Shown one piece after another: positions 60,847 through 64,000 of a stretch of DNA of 64,000 nucleotides. The position numbers and the translations under genes were made by a program. The stretch comes from an uncultured Treponema sp. (GTDB lineage Bacteria; Spirochaetota; Spirochaetia; Treponematales; Treponemataceae), in the NCBI GenBank assembly GCA_905372025.1, contig CAJPNP010000012.1, forward strand, positions 946-64,945, in the 5' to 3' direction. The notes under the pieces were generated by a model, which was not told the DNA's origin, ran no database searches, and saw only the letters and a program-made list of their open reading frames with translations. Within the stretch, counting starts at the first letter, position 1. Each line of letters opens with the position of its first letter.

Positions 60847-60905
60847 TGTAAAGTCTTTGTCAACGGAAAGCAAAAAAAGCACAAAACAAAAAGGCAGCGC
60901 ACAAG
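60847..60905. repeat. Imperfect direct repeat (promoter region), copy 2
   Basis: See 60070..60113; this copy has an A-rich insertion in the middle. Confidence 0.8.
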
Positions 60906-60980
60906 CGTACTATTTTGCAGTGTAAAACTGCAGTCGTCAGGTTGTCGAAAAAGTCTATTGCTTTTCCGACAAGCCCTTGA

Positions 60981-63131
60981 TCATAACTTAAACTTTCCGA
61001 CTTCGTTTGCCAGATTTTCAATACTCACTTTATTCTTTTGCGTAATTTCGTTTACTTCTTCTACGGCATTGGTTATCTGTTCGGCGCCGCTGGCAATTTC
61101 ATTCATGCTATCGGTTGTTTCGCGCGTTATATCGGCAAGTTTTCGCATTTCGACTGCAATTTGATTGCCGCCTTCCAACATTTCGGCAGAACCGCTGCTT
61201 ACCTCTGCAGTTACGTCGTTTATCTTTTTAATCGCTTCAAGAACCTGTTTGCCGTTTGTTTCCTGCTCGTACATAACTTGCACTATCGAATCTTCTTTTT
61301 CCGATATTTTGCTTACCGATTCATACACATCGATAAAGGTTTTTTCGGCTTGTGCTCCCGCTTCGGTAAGACGTCCGATAATCTCCGTCGACTCCTTTAT
61401 AACAACCCCGATTTGTTTGCCCTGCGTATTCGACTCTTCGGCAAGTTTGCGGATTTCATCGGCAACGACGGCGAAACCTTTGCCCGCCTCTCCCGCGTGA
61501 GCGGCTTCTATAGCAGCGTTCATTGCCAAAAGGTTTGTTTGCGAAGCTATATTTTGAATAACCTGACTTGCTTCAAGAAGCGCTTCCGACCTTTCCGCAA
61601 TTTGCGTTACCACTTCGTTTGCCGTACGCGCTCCGTCCTTGCCCAGTTTTGTTTGTCCATATACCGTTTTGATAAGGGCATTGCTTTCTTCCAGCGTTTT
61701 GCTGATGCGGACGGTATTTTCCGCCATGTGTGTAATCACTGCAGTCGATTCGGATATGTTTTCGGTTTGGGTTTCAATTCCCTGCACCAACCTGTTTAAT
61801 TTACCGTTGATTTGTTCCACCGTTGCAACGGTTTCGGTAACGCTTGCCGACTGCGTTATAGCTTTTTCTTTTACGTTCATAACATTTCCGCCGATTTGCC
61901 TGATTGCGGCAGCCGTTTCTTCCATGTTGCTCGATAAATCCGAACCGACCGCCTTCATCTTATCGACTTCATCATGCAGTACGCTGAGCATGGAATGGCT
62001 GTGGTCTATGGCAGTGTTAAGGCTTGTCAGAATTTGACCGATTTCGTTTCTCCACTTTACCTGAATTCGGTCGGTAAGATCGCCTTGTGCAACCTTACCC
62101 AAAACAATGCCCAGCCGGTTAAGATATTTTTTTAAGACACGCACGACAAAGGCGGCTAAAGTAAAATAAATGACAAACATCAAAAGACCGATAAAAATCA
62201 TATTTTGCAAAAGAGCGGAAAAAACGGAGAGAATTTCACTTTGCTTTATTAAAACAACAAGTTTCCACTCGAGTTCGGAAAGCGGGAAAATAAAAGCTTT
62301 CCATTTTTCCCCGTTTGAAGTAACAACAATCGAGCTTTGATCCGTTTTTTCTATTTCGGCAAACGCAGGTATATCCGTTTCGCTCATAATTTTAAAATTG
62401 TATTGCGGATGCTTCGGATCGGCTAAAATCATGCCGTCGTTTTGTACCAGCATGCAATAACCCGTCCTTCCGATTCGGCTGTCGCTTATAAACGAAGTCA
62501 AATCCGCCAAATTGATATCAACACCGACACACCCTAACAATGCACCGCTATTATCTTTTACTGTTTTAGCCAGTGCTACAACGGGAGTTCCGTCTGTGGC
62601 TATATACACCGGTGTGATAACTATATCACCGTCTGCCTCTACAGCTTGTTTATACCATCCCCTTTGACGAGGATCATACCCCAGTTCGTCTTCTCCGGTC
62701 CATACTGTTGCTATTCCGCCCCAGCGGGTTCCCATATAAACATCTTGAAATTCGGGGAAGCTTTCCTCTATAGCTTTAAACAGTGTTACCATTTCCCGTT
62801 CCGCTTTTCCGTTATGCGTATACACAATGCCCGATTTTTGCGCTTCTATTGTATAATTGTAAATCGTTTCATCGGCATTTTGTACGGCGGGATTTTCCGC
62901 AAGCATTTTAACGACGCTCTTTCCGTTTTGAATAAAAAGCGATACCGATTTTTCAATATTAAAAAATTGCTGAGCAGTAAATTCGTCGAATTGAACGATA
63001 TTCTTTTTATACAACTGAACGCCGATGACCGCGCAAATAAAACCTACGATTGAAATAATCGTTATCGTGATACCCCTGAACAATCTCACCGTAATGGACG
63101 TTGCTTTCTTTACCTTAACGTCTTTTTTCAT
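60981..63131 (-). CDS. Methyl-accepting chemotaxis protein with dCache sensor and HAMP domain
   Basis: Two TM helices; [12 protein letters not shown]...[43 protein letters not shown]. Confidence 0.96.
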   Translation of the reverse strand: MKKDVKVKKATSITVRLFRGITITIISIVGFICAVIGVQLYKKNIVQFDEFTAQQFFNIEKSVSLFIQNGKSVVKMLAENPAVQNADETIYNYTIEAQKSGIVYTHNGKAEREMVTLFKAIEESFPEFQDVYMGTRWGGIATVWTGEDELGYDPRQRGWYKQAVEADGDIVITPVYIATDGTPVVALAKTVKDNSGALLGCVGVDINLADLTSFISDSRIGRTGYCMLVQNDGMILADPKHPQYNFKIMSETDIPAFAEIEKTDQSSIVVTSNGEKWKAFIFPLSELEWKLVVLIKQSEILSVFSALLQNMIFIGLLMFVIYFTLAAFVVRVLKKYLNRLGIVLGKVAQGDLTDRIQVKWRNEIGQILTSLNTAIDHSHSMLSVLHDEVDKMKAVGSDLSSNMEETAAAIRQIGGNVMNVKEKAITQSASVTETVATVEQINGKLNRLVQGIETQTENISESTAVITHMAENTVRISKTLEESNALIKTVYGQTKLGKDGARTANEVVTQIAERSEALLEASQVIQNIASQTNLLAMNAAIEAAHAGEAGKGFAVVADEIRKLAEESNTQGKQIGVVIKESTEIIGRLTEAGAQAEKTFIDVYESVSKISEKEDSIVQVMYEQETNGKQVLEAIKKINDVTAEVSSGSAEMLEGGNQIAVEMRKLADITRETTDSMNEIASGAEQITNAVEEVNEITQKNKVSIENLANEVGKFKL

Positions 63132-63342
63132 ACAGCTCCCCTTTAAATATTTTATATCTTACCGTTTTTTAAATAATACCGACCGTATGCAGCAAAAGAA
63201 TTTATCGGTCGTTTAACATATAATTTATGCTAACATTTTCATAAATATCTTGTCAAGTTTCCAACAAGCGATTTCCATAAAGCGGGATATACTGTAAATT
63301 TTAGCATTGGCACAAAATCGCCCCTTGTGATATACTGGTGTA

Positions 63343-64000
63343 ATGGCAGAGCGGGAAGATTCGGTACATCGAGTTCTCATAAAAAACGGAATTGTCGTAT
63401 CGGGCGGAAAAGAGCGACAGGCTGACATGCTTATCGAAGACGGCAGAATCGTCAGAACGGAAAAAGACATTATGCTCGGCAGTTTGCTGCGCCATGCCGA
63501 AAGCGAACTGTTGGATGCCGAAGGCTGTTATGTTTTTCCGGGTTTTATCGACGCGTTTACGCAGTTTGAAGCCGAAGTTTTTATCGAAGGCCAACAGGAA
63601 AGCGTGCGCAGCCCCGACGATTTTGAAAGCGGAACGAAGGCCGCCCTCGCAGGAGGAACCACGTCAATTATCAACTGCGCGCTGCAAAAAAACGGGCAAA
63701 GTTTGCAGGATGCGCTGGATGCACAACATGCGAGTGCACTTCATAAAAGCAGCTGCAATTACGGTTTTCATATCACCCTTACTCCCATGGAACAAAAAAC
63801 CGAGGAAGACGCAAAAACGGTTCCCGAAACGACCGACGAAATTCCGCAAGAGAATGCGGAGAATCTTCCGGACGAAAAGACCGAAAGTATAACGGAGCAA
63901 ATGACCAAAACGGTTCTGCGCGGCGTTTCAAGCTATACCGTATCTATGAGCGGCTTTAACCTGCAATTAAGCGATTCGGAAATTTTTGAAATTCTGAACG
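63343..64000 (+). CDS. Dihydropyrimidinase/hydantoinase-like amidohydrolase homologue (3' end outside window; metal ligands degenerate)
   Basis: Manual translation: VLIKNGIVV...ADMLIEDGRI...LDAEGCYVFPGFIDAFTQF...DDFESGTKAALAGGTTSII...CNYGFH...GVSSYTVSM. Confidence 0.85.
   Translation, partial: MAEREDSVHRVLIKNGIVVSGGKERQADMLIEDGRIVRTEKDIMLGSLLRHAESELLDAEGCYVFPGFIDAFTQFEAEVFIEGQQESVRSPDDFESGTKAALAGGTTSIINCALQKNGQSLQDALDAQHASALHKSSCNYGFHITLTPMEQKTEEDAKTVPETTDEIPQENAENLPDEKTESITEQMTKTVLRGVSSYTVSMSGFNLQLSDSEIFEILN

Overview
Chromosomal segment of a Treponema-like spirochete. The assignment is inferred from tuf directly preceding rpsJ, no rpsD in the alpha cluster, a short AlaRS, a stand-alone groES, a tmpA/tmpB-like pair and spirochete-type lipoproteins. 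Most of the window is housekeeping: nusB, alaS, lgt, a liv ABC operon, the tuf-S10-spc-alpha ribosomal superoperon, gpmA, an ECF transporter with two DUF62 SAM hydrolases, ybaK, clpP, mazG, pth and an MCP. The main finding is two accessory loci (about 9.17-16.2 kb and 18.87-22.7 kb) that look like a polymorphic toxin system exported via bacteriocin-type double-glycine leaders. The two complete precursors have an ELSFEELLxVNG(G/R) leader, a Ser/Gly/Pro-rich linker, a short amphipathic helix and an unrelated C-terminal effector. Two further leaderless orphan tips bring the effectors to four (Gly-rich putative pore former, LysM + NlpC/P60-like, papain/C39-like, unknown), each followed by candidate immunity genes. 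Two of the cassettes are bracketed by the same two direct repeats: a 99-bp linker repeat and a 170-bp 5' fragment of an HlyD-like gene, which suggests recombinational tip swapping. Secondary findings are a structured leader of about 460 nt upstream of tuf, a sigma54 promoter with a candidate enhancer upstream of hsp20, apparently leaderless alaS/ybaK/pth, a toxin-antitoxin module between duplicated promoter sequences, a small Zn-finger-like gene after rplQ, and a dihydropyrimidinase homologue lacking its N-terminal metal ligands.
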